Positions 53,536-62,121 of a stretch of DNA of 64,000 nucleotides are shown here, in pieces. The stretch's first letter is position 1, and each line of letters begins with the position of its first letter. The translations under genes were made by a program, and so were the position numbers. The DNA comes from Polyangiales bacterium (GTDB lineage: Bacteria; Myxococcota_A; Polyangia; Polyangiales; Ga0077539): contig JBILLV010000008.1 of assembly GCA_044375895.1 (NCBI GenBank), forward strand, positions 7,599 to 71,598. The letters run 5' to 3'. The notes below the pieces were generated by a model, which was given only the letters and a program-made list of their open reading frames with translations, did no database searches and was not told the origin of the DNA.

Positions 53536-55097
53536 GCGTCGTCGTCGGGCAGCGGCGTCACCCGGTCGCCCGCGCCCATCGACCGCGCCAGCGCCTCCAG
53601 CGCGCGGTGGAGCTCGCCGACGCGCCCCGCGGAGAAGATCACCCGGTCGGGCCGCACCAGCGCCCACTCCACCTCGCGCTCGCGCATCCACCGGGCGAGC
53701 GCGCCGTCCACCTCTGCGAGCTCGGCGCCCAGCCGCCACGGCGTCACGTCGAGCCGCCGCGCCCGCTCGACGTCGCGCGCCGCGAGGGGGGCGCCGCACA
53801 CCAGCGCGAAGCGGTAGCCCAGCGCGTCGTCGCTCGCACAGCGCAGCCCGTCGCGCCACACGTCCACCTGCGGGAGGTGCTGCCCGCGCAGCGAGGAGGC
53901 CGCGTCGAGAAGCCCGTCGGTGAGGTGCGGGCGGCGGAGCATGTGCTGCCGCACGAAGCTCTGGAGCGCCGCCGGGAGGTTGGCGATGAGCCGCAGCTCG
54001 TTGCGCCGACGCCAGCGCTGGAAGGCCCCCTGCGCCTCCAGGCGGTTGCCGATGGCGAGGGTGCCCGCGAGGATCTCCCGCACGTGCCGGTCGCGCTCGC
54101 GCTCGTAGGTGTCGAGCAGGGATGCCGGGGCTCCGTGCGCGAGGACGCGGTGGAGCTTCCACGCGAGGTTGACGGCGTCGCGCACGCCCGAGCACATGCC
54201 CTGGCCCGCCGACGGGGGCATCATGTGGGCGGCGTCGCCCGCGAGGAGCGCGCGCCCCACCCGCCAGCGGCGCGCCACGAGCGAGCGGTGCGCGTAGGGA
54301 GCCACGCGCACCACCTCCACGCGGGCCGGATCGATGAAGCGGGCGATCCACGCGCGGAGGGTGGTCTCGTCGGGCGTGGGCTCGTCCTCGCCGAGCTGAA
54401 ACTCCCAGCGTCGGTTGCGCCCGAAGCCGTGGGCGTAGATGGTGAGACGCTCGGGGTCGAGCACGTAGCGGAAGTTGCCCGGGAGGCGCTCGGCGTCGGC
54501 GGGGTCGCGCAGCAGCGTGTCGACGATGAGCCAGTGGCGCTTGGGGGCGAGCAGCTCCATCTCCACGCCGAGGGCCTCGCGGGTGAAGCTCCGCCCGCCG
54601 TCGCAGCCCACCACCCACTGCGCCCGGAGGTGCCGCGTCGCGCCCGTGTCGACGGCGCGCGCCCGCACCGTCACCGACTCGCCGTTGTCGTCTACGCCCA
54701 CGGCCTCGACGCCCGTGTGGAGCGCCACGTGGGGGTAGCGCCCGAGCGCCGCGCGGAGCGCCCGTTCGAAGGCCGCCTGGTCGAAGAAGCGCGAGCCGAG
54801 GTAGCCGTGCGGCGCGGCGGGGTCGCCCACCTCGTCGGAGAGGAGCGACTCGCCGTCCTCGTCGACCACATCGACGCGGCCGAAGGGCGCGGTGTGCACC
54901 TCCAGCGCGGCCATCGCGCCCGTCGCCTGGAAGTTGCGGAGCGTCTCCTCGTCGATGTGCGTCGCGCGGGGCGTCGGGTACACGTCCGCGTCGCGCTCCA
55001 GCACGGCGACCCGCACGCCGAGCCCTCCAAGCAGCGAAGCGAGCACCAGGCCCGTCGGCCCACAACCGATGACCACGACATCACAATCGAGCTCCAT
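53511..55097 (-). CDS. FAD-dependent aromatic-ring monooxygenase (MhpA/PheA class A type)
   Basis: ATG at 55097. Motifs are [22 protein letters not shown] and [32 protein letters not shown]. The 3' end overlaps the activator gene by 25 nt. Confidence 0.85.
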   Translation of the reverse strand: MELDCDVVVIGCGPTGLVLASLLGGLGVRVAVLERDADVYPTPRATHIDEETLRNFQATGAMAALEVHTAPFGRVDVVDEDGESLLSDEVGDPAAPHGYLGSRFFDQAAFERALRAALGRYPHVALHTGVEAVGVDDNGESVTVRARAVDTGATRHLRAQWVVGCDGGRSFTREALGVEMELLAPKRHWLIVDTLLRDPADAERLPGNFRYVLDPERLTIYAHGFGRNRRWEFQLGEDEPTPDETTLRAWIARFIDPARVEVVRVAPYAHRSLVARRWRVGRALLAGDAAHMMPPSAGQGMCSGVRDAVNLAWKLHRVLAHGAPASLLDTYERERDRHVREILAGTLAIGNRLEAQGAFQRWRRRNELRLIANLPAALQSFVRQHMLRRPHLTDGLLDAASSLRGQHLPQVDVWRDGLRCASDDALGYRFALVCGAPLAARDVERARRLDVTPWRLGAELAEVDGALARWMREREVEWALVRPDRVIFSAGRVGELHRALEALARSMGAGDRVTPLPDDDAQRRASSS

Positions 55098-55150
55098 GCG
55101 CGCGTCCTCCAAGTCCGTGCGCACGATAGACGGGTCGCGCAGGCGTGACC

Positions 55151-55188
55151 ATGGCGCTTCGATGGCCCACCCATGGCCAGATCTGGCC
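55151..55188. promoter_or_regulatory. four helically phased (A/C)TGGC(C/G) half-sites, candidate LysR binding region
   Basis: ATGGCG at 55151, ATGGCC at 55162, ATGGCC at 55173 and CTGGCC at 55183 give spacings of 11, 11 and 10 bp. They lie in the 151-bp divergent region between the monooxygenase and LysR genes, and two sites extend to the palindrome TGGCCA. Confidence 0.35.
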
Positions 55189-55248
55189 ACCGAGACCGCG
55201 CACAACGCACCCCCGCGGTGCTAGGGTCGCCCCCAGAGGCGGAGCTGC

Positions 55249-56133
55249 ATGGATCTGGAAGAGCTGCGGGCATTTCTCGCGGTCGCGGAAGTGGGTTCGT
55301 TTCTGGCGGCGGAGCAGCGGCTGGGGACGCCGCGGGCGACGCTGCGTCGGCGGGTCGACTCGCTGGAGTCGCGGGCGGGCGTGGCGCTGCTCAACCGCAC
55401 GCGCGACGGGGTGAGCACCACGGAGGCGGGGTCGGTGCTGGTGGCGCGCGGCAAGCTCATGGTGCAGGAGGCGACGGCCCTGGTGGCGTCGATCCGGGAG
55501 CTCGGTCGCGAGCCCAGCGGGGTGCTGCGGGTGCTCTTGCCGCCGGGCCTGCCGCCGCACGCGCTCACGCCGCTCTTCGGCGCCATCCGGCAGGCGTACC
55601 CGAAGCTCGCGGTGCGCGTGCGGCTGAGCGACGACCCGGTGGCGGGGCTCCTCGACGACGTCGACGTCGCGATGCACTTCGGCGCGCGCTCACCCCCAGG
55701 GCCGTGGACCTCGTACGAGATCTTGCGCGTCCGCGAGCGGCTCCTCGCCCACCGGGACTACCTCGCCCGCCGCGGCACGCCCGCGTCGCTCGATGACCTC
55801 ACGCGCCACGAGCTCTTCGCCTGGGAGGCCCCCGGCGAAGACGCCACGCGCTGGCCCCTCGCCGCGGGCGGGGTGTTCGCCGTCGAGCCCGCGCTCGTCA
55901 CCGCCGACATCCACATGCTCCGCCAGTGCGTGATCGCGGGGATGGGCATCGGCTTCATGCCCGACGCGATGTTCCCCGACCCCGGGGTGATGCCCGAGGA
56001 GCTGGTTCCCGTGCTGCCCGAGGTCGTCGGGAAGGAGCTCGCGGTGCGCGTCGTGGTGCCGTCGGCGCTGGCCCAGGTGCCGAAGGTGAAGGCCATCCTC
56101 CAGCACGTCCGCATCTTCACGGGCGAGCTGTAG
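55249..56133 (+). CDS. LysR-family transcriptional regulator
   Basis: The N-terminal HTH is LRAFLAVAEVGSFLAAEQRLGTPRATLRRRVDSLE, followed by a LysR substrate-binding fold. It is divergent to the monooxygenase. Confidence 0.9.
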   Translation: MDLEELRAFLAVAEVGSFLAAEQRLGTPRATLRRRVDSLESRAGVALLNRTRDGVSTTEAGSVLVARGKLMVQEATALVASIRELGREPSGVLRVLLPPGLPPHALTPLFGAIRQAYPKLAVRVRLSDDPVAGLLDDVDVAMHFGARSPPGPWTSYEILRVRERLLAHRDYLARRGTPASLDDLTRHELFAWEAPGEDATRWPLAAGGVFAVEPALVTADIHMLRQCVIAGMGIGFMPDAMFPDPGVMPEELVPVLPEVVGKELAVRVVVPSALAQVPKVKAILQHVRIFTGEL

Positions 56134-57556
56134 GCGGCGCCTCGCGTCGCGGGAAGCCCACCCCCGACGCCGCCACCCCGAGGCCGATCGCGACGACGCC
56201 CGTGAACACCGTCGCGATGGCCGCGCGCAGGTCGCTTGACGCGCCCGCGAGCACCGCCGCCGCGAGGCCGCGCCCGTGCTCGGGGCCCACCAGCGCGCGC
56301 AGGATCGCCTCGGGGACGCGGCCCTCCAATCGCGTGGAGAGCAGCGCCCCGAAGGCCCCCACCGCCACCGTGCCGCCGATGGTGCGGAAGAACACCGTGC
56401 TCGCCGTCGCGATGCCGCGCCGCTCCCACGCGACGCCGTCCTGCACGGCGAGGATGAGCGCCGTGTTGCACGTGCCCATGCCGAAGCCCATCACGAACAT
56501 CGCCGCGCGCATGGCGAGGGGCGCCGCCCCCCACGCGAGCGCGCCCCGCAGGAGCAGCGTGCTGGCGAACACCACCACGAGGCCGCCGCGCACGAGGGGC
56601 CGCGCGCCGATGCGGGCGACCAGCCGCGCGCTCACCACGCTGGAGACGGGCCAGCCCACGAGCATCGGCGCGACGATGGCGCCGGCCTCCGTGGGCGACG
56701 CGCGGAGCAGCGCCTGCGCGTAGAGCGGGAGGTAGGTGAGGGAGGTCATCATCACGGCCCCCATGAGGGTGCTCGCCACCGAGGCGACGGCGATGACGGG
56801 GCTCTCGAAGAGCGACAGCGGGAGGATGGGGTCGTCGGCGCGCCGCTCGCACGCGAGGAAGGCCACCGTGGCCGCGAGCGAGAGCGGGAGCATCAGCGCG
56901 GTGAGGGTGCCCCCGACGCCGAGGAGGAGCGACACGACGGCGGTGACGAGGAGCCCCGCGCCCGCGAGGTCGAGCGACACCTTACGCGACGTGTCGCGCG
57001 GCGGCTCGTGGAGGAAGAACACCAGCAGCGCCGCCGCCGCCACGCCGAAGGGGACGTTGAGGAAGAAGACCCAGCGCCACGAGGCGACGTGCGTGATCGC
57101 GCCGCCGACGAAGGGGCCCACCATCGCGGCGAAGCCCCACACGCCCCCGAAGAGCCCCTGGATGCGCGAGCGCTCTTCGAGGGAGTACAGGTCGCCGATG
57201 AGCGTGAGCGTGATGGGCTGGAGCGCCCCCGCCCCCGCGCCCTGCACCGCGCGAAACGCGATGAGGAGCGGGAGCGACGTGGCGAGCCCGCACGCGACGG
57301 AGGCCGCGAGGAAGAGGGCCATCCCGGCGAAGAGCATGGGCTTGCGGCCGAAGAGGTCGGCGCCGCGGCCCCACAGAGGGATGCTCGCCGCGGTGGCGAG
57401 GAGGTAGGCCGCGCTCACCCAGCCGTACAGCTCGATGCCGCGCAGCTCGGCGATCACCGTGGGCATCACCGTGGCCACCACCGTGGCCTCCATCGCCGAC
57501 ATGAACATCGACGCCAGGATGGCCACGAGCACGAGCGGTCGGCGGGTCGTGCGCAT
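56117..57556 (-). CDS. MFS transporter, DHA2 (EmrB/QacA-like, 14-TMS) family
   Basis: ATG at 57556 (MRTTRRPLVLVAIL). Motif A is LWGRGADLFGRKPM and motif C-like is GFAAMVGPFVGG. About 14 hydrophobic segments. Confidence 0.85.
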   Translation of the reverse strand: MRTTRRPLVLVAILASMFMSAMEATVVATVMPTVIAELRGIELYGWVSAAYLLATAASIPLWGRGADLFGRKPMLFAGMALFLAASVACGLATSLPLLIAFRAVQGAGAGALQPITLTLIGDLYSLEERSRIQGLFGGVWGFAAMVGPFVGGAITHVASWRWVFFLNVPFGVAAAALLVFFLHEPPRDTSRKVSLDLAGAGLLVTAVVSLLLGVGGTLTALMLPLSLAATVAFLACERRADDPILPLSLFESPVIAVASVASTLMGAVMMTSLTYLPLYAQALLRASPTEAGAIVAPMLVGWPVSSVVSARLVARIGARPLVRGGLVVVFASTLLLRGALAWGAAPLAMRAAMFVMGFGMGTCNTALILAVQDGVAWERRGIATASTVFFRTIGGTVAVGAFGALLSTRLEGRVPEAILRALVGPEHGRGLAAAVLAGASSDLRAAIATVFTGVVAIGLGVAASGVGFPRREAPPTARP

Positions 57557-57632
57557 GAAGGGGCGCTTCGATGCCCCAGGACGGCGCGCGTGTCCAGCGA
57601 AGAGGGTGGTGCGCGGGGCGGCGGGAGGTCTT

Positions 57633-58574
57633 ATGTTCGGCACGGCCCCTATGAGCACCGTGCGCATCGCCCACCTGTCCGACCCTCACATCCTCGACCT
57701 CGCGGGCGTCCCCACGCACAAGCTGGTGTTCAACAAGCGCTTCACCGGCTGGGTCAACCTGAAGCTCAAGCGGGGTTCGCACCACAAGCCCTGGGTCGTC
57801 GAGGCGATGATGGACGACCTCCGCGCCCACCGCGTCGACCACGTCGTCGTCACGGGCGACCTCACCAACCTCGCGCTCGACCCCGAGTTCGCGCGGGCGC
57901 GGGAGATGCTCGAGCGCATGGGCTACGGGCCTGACGAGCTCAGCGTCATCCCGGGCAACCACGACGTGTACACCCGCGGCGCCGAGCGCACGCAGCGCTT
58001 CGCCCGGCACTTCGCCCCCTACTTCACCAGCGACGTCGCGGTGGAGGGGGCGGGCCACGCGTCGGGGCTGTTCCCCTTCGTGCGGCTGCGCGGGGAGGTC
58101 GCGATTGTGGGGTTGTCGACGGCGGTGGCGCGGCTCCCCATCGTCTCGTCGGGCCACGCCGGGGCCTCGCAGCTCGCCGCCCTCGCGCGCGTGCTCGACC
58201 TCCCCGAGGTGCGCTCCCGCACGCCCGTGATCCTCTCGCACCACCCCATCACCAACCCGCGCGGCGCGGTGGGGACGGCCCTGCGCGGCTGGTCGGAGGT
58301 GGGCGAGCTGCGCCGCGCGCTCTCCGTGGGCCGCGACACCCTCGCGCTCCACGGGCACCTGCACCACCGCGTCCACGAGCGCATCGCGGCCGAGGGTGGC
58401 GCGACCATCCACCGCCTCGGCGCGACGAGCGCCTCGCTGCTCGCCGACGACCCGCGCGCGATGTCGGGGTACAACGTCTACGAGGTGTCTGCGGCGGGCC
58501 TGGAGCGCGCGTCGGCGCGGGTCTACGACGCGGCGTCGAAGGGCTTCGTCGAGCGCGCGCTGCCCGAGGCGTAG
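57633..58574 (+). CDS. calcineurin-like metallophosphoesterase
   Basis: Motifs are HLSDPH, VVTGDLTN, IPGNHD, LSHHP and LHGHLHH. The ATG at 57633 follows GGGAGG; an alternative ATG is at 57651. Confidence 0.85.
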   Translation: MFGTAPMSTVRIAHLSDPHILDLAGVPTHKLVFNKRFTGWVNLKLKRGSHHKPWVVEAMMDDLRAHRVDHVVVTGDLTNLALDPEFARAREMLERMGYGPDELSVIPGNHDVYTRGAERTQRFARHFAPYFTSDVAVEGAGHASGLFPFVRLRGEVAIVGLSTAVARLPIVSSGHAGASQLAALARVLDLPEVRSRTPVILSHHPITNPRGAVGTALRGWSEVGELRRALSVGRDTLALHGHLHHRVHERIAAEGGATIHRLGATSASLLADDPRAMSGYNVYEVSAAGLERASARVYDAASKGFVERALPEA

Positions 58575-58577
58575 GGC

Positions 58578-59453
58578 CTACGGGTTGATGAAGGCCGGGC
58601 GCGATTCGAAGCGCAGCCCCACGGAGATCTGCTGGCACGTCCCCGCGCTGTCGGGCGCGAGGTCGGCCATGAGCCGCAGCGTGGTGAGGAAGATGCGCTG
58701 CAGCTCGGCGCCGATGCCGAAGCGCTGGATCGTCTCACCGAAGGTCTGCACCACGATGCCGCCGCCCACCACACCCGTGAGCGACCCGTCGGCATGGACT
58801 CTTGCGCGCACCCGCGCGCCGTGGAGGTCGAGCGTGAAGCGCGCGTCGAGCGCGGCCACCGGGAAGGGAAGTTCGAAGGAGTCGGTCTCCAGCACCCCCG
58901 CGCGGATGCGGGCGGGGACGCGGGCCGGCGGGTGGGCGCGGTCGACGTCGAAGGTCTGGTCGGGGTCGATGCGCATGTCGCCGCCGACGAAGGGCATCCC
59001 CACGACGCGGTAGAAGGTGAGCGTGACGCACGCGTCCTCGCGCAGGTCGTCGACGCCGTCGAGCTGCACCGCGACCAGGAGCTGCCCGTTGTTCACCGAC
59101 GACTGGATGAGCCCGTCGAAGGCGCCGCCCGTCATGCTGTCGACGATGGGGAGGAGCCGCGCGATCTGGTTGTCGACGCCGCGCGCCCCCTCGGGGCTGG
59201 TGAAGTCACCCTGTCGGCAGCCCACCCGATCGCCCGCGGCGCTCACGTGGCTGTCGAGGTCGAAGCCCTCCACCACGTCGCCGCGCATCGCGTTGGCGCG
59301 GGCGAAGCCGAAGGTGGTGAGCACCACGACACGTCGCTCGCCCGGCGAGTTGCACGGGGCGTTGGGGTTGGGCGGCGCCTCGCTGCACGCGAGGAGCGAG
59401 GCCGCGAAGAGGGCGGCGTAACGCGTCGAGGTGGTGGCGGTGGGAGGGCGCAC
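58578..59453 (-). CDS. hypothetical lipoprotein
   Basis: Lipobox is AALFAASLLAC. The start is approximate (GTG at 59453). No family recognised. Confidence 0.55.
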   Translation of the reverse strand: MRPPTATTSTRYAALFAASLLACSEAPPNPNAPCNSPGERRVVVLTTFGFARANAMRGDVVEGFDLDSHVSAAGDRVGCRQGDFTSPEGARGVDNQIARLLPIVDSMTGGAFDGLIQSSVNNGQLLVAVQLDGVDDLREDACVTLTFYRVVGMPFVGGDMRIDPDQTFDVDRAHPPARVPARIRAGVLETDSFELPFPVAALDARFTLDLHGARVRARVHADGSLTGVVGGGIVVQTFGETIQRFGIGAELQRIFLTTLRLMADLAPDSAGTCQQISVGLRFESRPAFINP

Positions 59454-59518
59454 GCGGGGTGGGCGCACGATACCGCAGTTCTCCCGAGGGCGGCGTCCGT
59501 GTTGTACTCCGCAGCGCC

Positions 59519-60463
59519 ATGGCCCAACCCCCCGCACCGCGCAGCCCCCTCGTCGACGTCGCCTGGCTCGGCGCGCACCTCCACGACCCGAAGGTTCGCA
59601 TCATCGACCTGCGCTGGTACCTCGCGGGCAAATCGGGCGCGGCGGAGTACGCGCAGGGACACATCCCCGGCGCCGTCTTCCTCGACCTCCACCACGACCT
59701 CACCGGCCCCGTCGGCCCGGGACGTCACCCCATCCCGTCTCCCGCCCAGTTGGAGCGGGCGATGCGCGCCGCGGGCGTCTCCAACGACACCCGCGTGGTG
59801 GTCTACGACGACGCGGGCGGGAGCGTCGCCGCGCGCCTCTGGTGGCTCCTCTCGGTGCACGGCCACACGCGCGTCCACGTGCTCGACGGGGGCCTCCCCG
59901 CGTGGCTCGCCGCGAAGGGGATCACCACCACGGAGGTCCCCGTGGTCGCCGCGGGCAACTTCGCCGTGACGGTGAGCGTGCAGCCGCCGGTGGTCGATCG
60001 GCACCACGTGGAGTCCATCCGTCAGCGCAACAGTTGGGTGCTCCTCGACGCGCGCGTGGCCGAGCGGTACCGCGGCGAGGTGGAGCCCATCGACGCGCGC
60101 CCCGGCCACATCCCCGGCGCGCGCAACGCCCCCTGGAGCGACAACCTCGTCGACGGCCGCTTCGCCGACGGGAAGACCCTCCGCGCGCGCTACCGCAAGC
60201 TCGGCGTGGTGCCGGGCATCACCGTCGTCTGCTACTGCGGCTCGGGCGTGACGGCGTGCCACGACATCCTCGCGATCACCCTCGCGCGCATCTCCGCCAT
60301 CCGCGTGAAGCTCTACGAAGGGAGCTGGAGCGACTGGGCCCGCGACCCCGACCGCCCCGCGGCCCTCGGCGAGGAGGCACCCGTCGCGGTCGCCCCGAAG
60401 AAGCGCGCCGTCGCTCCGAAGAAGCGCGTCGTCGCTTCGAAGAAGCCCCGCGCTCGTCGCTGA
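59519..60463 (+). CDS. tandem-rhodanese sulfurtransferase (thiosulfate/3-mercaptopyruvate type) with a basic repeat tail
   Basis: ATG at 59519. There are two rhodanese domains. The active-site loop is CYCGSGVTACH. The C-terminal tail is APKKRAVAPKKRVVASKKPRARR. Confidence 0.85.
   Translation: MAQPPAPRSPLVDVAWLGAHLHDPKVRIIDLRWYLAGKSGAAEYAQGHIPGAVFLDLHHDLTGPVGPGRHPIPSPAQLERAMRAAGVSNDTRVVVYDDAGGSVAARLWWLLSVHGHTRVHVLDGGLPAWLAAKGITTTEVPVVAAGNFAVTVSVQPPVVDRHHVESIRQRNSWVLLDARVAERYRGEVEPIDARPGHIPGARNAPWSDNLVDGRFADGKTLRARYRKLGVVPGITVVCYCGSGVTACHDILAITLARISAIRVKLYEGSWSDWARDPDRPAALGEEAPVAVAPKKRAVAPKKRVVASKKPRARR
60389..60451. repeat. 21-nt tandem repeat x3 (GTCGCYCCGAAGAAGCGCGYC, third copy decayed), in frame, encoding (V-A-P/S-K-K-R/P-x)3
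   Basis: Copies at 60389, 60410 and 60431, at the 3' end of the sulfurtransferase CDS. Confidence 0.85.
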
Positions 60464-60471
60464 TTCCGCCC

Positions 60472-62121
60472 ATGCGTCGCCTCTCGCTCGCACTCGTTCT
60501 CCTCGCCTGCCGCCCCCGCGCGAACGCACCGCCCGACGCGCGCCCTGTCGTCCCCGCGCGTCCGTCACCGCCCGCACCGGCACCGCTCCCGCCCGACGCG
60601 TGCACGGGCATCGGCAACCCGATGGCGGTGCGACTCCGCCCGGGCTTCTGTCTGCGTCCGGTGGCGACGGGGATGCTCCGACCGCGGCAGATGGCGCTCG
60701 CCCCCGACGGGAGCGTCCTCGTCGCGGAGTCGGGACCGGGCTGGCGTCACAACCGCGGTCGGGTCTCGTCGCTCACGCGCGCGGCCGACGGGACGTACAC
60801 CGTCACCCCGCTCGCCACCGCGCTCGACCGCCCGCACGGAATCGCCGTGCACGAGGGCCACGTGTGGGTCGCGGAGGCGGGTCGCATCGCGCGCTTTCGC
60901 TACCCGGTCGGCGGAGAGCTCGCGCTGGAGACGGTGCTCGGCGCGCTCCCGAGCACGGGTCGGCACATCCACAAGACGCTGGGTTTTGCGCCCGACGGAG
61001 CCCTCTTCTTCTCGGTGGGTTCGGCGACGGACAACTGCCAGCGCGACGGGTCGCGGGAGGCCGACGACCCCTGCCTCGAGCGCTCGCCCGTGGCCCCCGC
61101 CGTGGAGCGCGGCGTCGTGATGCGCTGGGACCCGCGACGTCGCGCGGCCGCGGTGTACAGCCACGGCCTGCGCAACAACACGGGCCTCGCGTGGCACCTC
61201 CCGAGCGGCCGCCTCTGGGGCGTCGAGAACTCCCGCGACTACATCGACCGCGCCGACCCGTCGCTCTCCGACGCGGCGCTCCCGCACGACGAGCTCAACG
61301 AGCTCACGCGCGGCAGCGACCACGGCTGGCCCTACTGCTACGACGACAACGTCCCCGCCCCCGAGTACCGCGCCAACGCCGCGCGCTGCCGCACCCGAAC
61401 GCCACCCGCCATCGCGCTCCCCCCGCACACGGCGCCGCTCGCGATCACGTTCTATGACGGCGCGATGTTCCCCGCGGCGTACCGGGGCGCGGCGCTGGTG
61501 ACGTACCACGGGTATCGCGCGGAGGGGCATCGGGTGGTGGTGATCCCCTTCGGTGCGGACGGCGCGCCGTCGGGGCCCCCCGAGGACTTCATCTCCGGCT
61601 GGGAGGAGCGCCCCGGTCGACCGCACGGGCACCTCACCGGGCTCCTCGTGACGCGCGAGGGCTCGCTGCTCGTGAGCGACGACGGCGCGGGGACGATCTA
61701 CGAGCTCCGCTACGGCGCGAGCGCGCTCCATGCGCCGCCGCCGCCCGTGGTGGTTCCACCGCCGGAAGACCCCGCGGTGATCGAGCGACGGTGCGCCGAG
61801 CTCGCGCGCCGCACCGACCCGCTGGCGGTGATGCAGCGCACGGTGATCGACGCGAAGTGTGTGTCGTGCCACGTGGCCTCCGCGGGCTCGCTGCTTCTGC
61901 GCCAGTGCGACTGGCGGGCGACGTGGGAGTCGCTCGCCCGCGGGCGCTCGGCGGTGTACGGGCCCTACGTGGTGCCGGGGCGCCTCGACGCGGGCGTGCT
62001 GCTGGCGCGGCTACGGGGCGACACGATGGGGCCGCGGATGCCGATGCAGGGGGTGACGCTCACCGCGGAGGAGCTCGCGGCGGTGGAGCGCTGGGTGCAG
62101 GCGGGGGCGCCCTCTCCCTAA
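60472..62121 (+). CDS. PQQ-dependent sugar (sorbosone/glucose) dehydrogenase-like beta-propeller fused to a C-terminal c-type cytochrome domain
   Basis: ATG at 60472 gives MRRLSLALVLLAC. Propeller motifs are PHGIAVHEG, HGLRNNTGLAW and DELNELTRGSDHGWPYCY. The C-terminal heme motif is CVSCH, followed by the VPG...MP...L...E...WV..GA pattern of planctomycete-type cytochrome c domains. Confidence 0.8.
   Translation: MRRLSLALVLLACRPRANAPPDARPVVPARPSPPAPAPLPPDACTGIGNPMAVRLRPGFCLRPVATGMLRPRQMALAPDGSVLVAESGPGWRHNRGRVSSLTRAADGTYTVTPLATALDRPHGIAVHEGHVWVAEAGRIARFRYPVGGELALETVLGALPSTGRHIHKTLGFAPDGALFFSVGSATDNCQRDGSREADDPCLERSPVAPAVERGVVMRWDPRRRAAAVYSHGLRNNTGLAWHLPSGRLWGVENSRDYIDRADPSLSDAALPHDELNELTRGSDHGWPYCYDDNVPAPEYRANAARCRTRTPPAIALPPHTAPLAITFYDGAMFPAAYRGAALVTYHGYRAEGHRVVVIPFGADGAPSGPPEDFISGWEERPGRPHGHLTGLLVTREGSLLVSDDGAGTIYELRYGASALHAPPPPVVVPPPEDPAVIERRCAELARRTDPLAVMQRTVIDAKCVSCHVASAGSLLLRQCDWRATWESLARGRSAVYGPYVVPGRLDAGVLLARLRGDTMGPRMPMQGVTLTAEELAAVERWVQAGAPSP

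Noticed and set aside
49374-55148. Long ORFs 49374-51770 (+), 50950-52734 (-), 52741-55065 (-) and 53244-55148 (+)
   Set aside because: Each is antisense or off-frame to a motif-supported gene (DUF455, Uma2, YceI, sigma-54 activator, monooxygenase), and all have junk composition.
10012-60451. Tandem repeats (10012-10059, 37910-37999, 50020-50082, 60389-60451) considered as CRISPR-like or satellite arrays
   Set aside because: They are head-to-tail with no spacers, have units of 12-21 nt (multiples of 3), and lie in frame inside coding genes. They are coding microsatellite-type repeats, not CRISPR.
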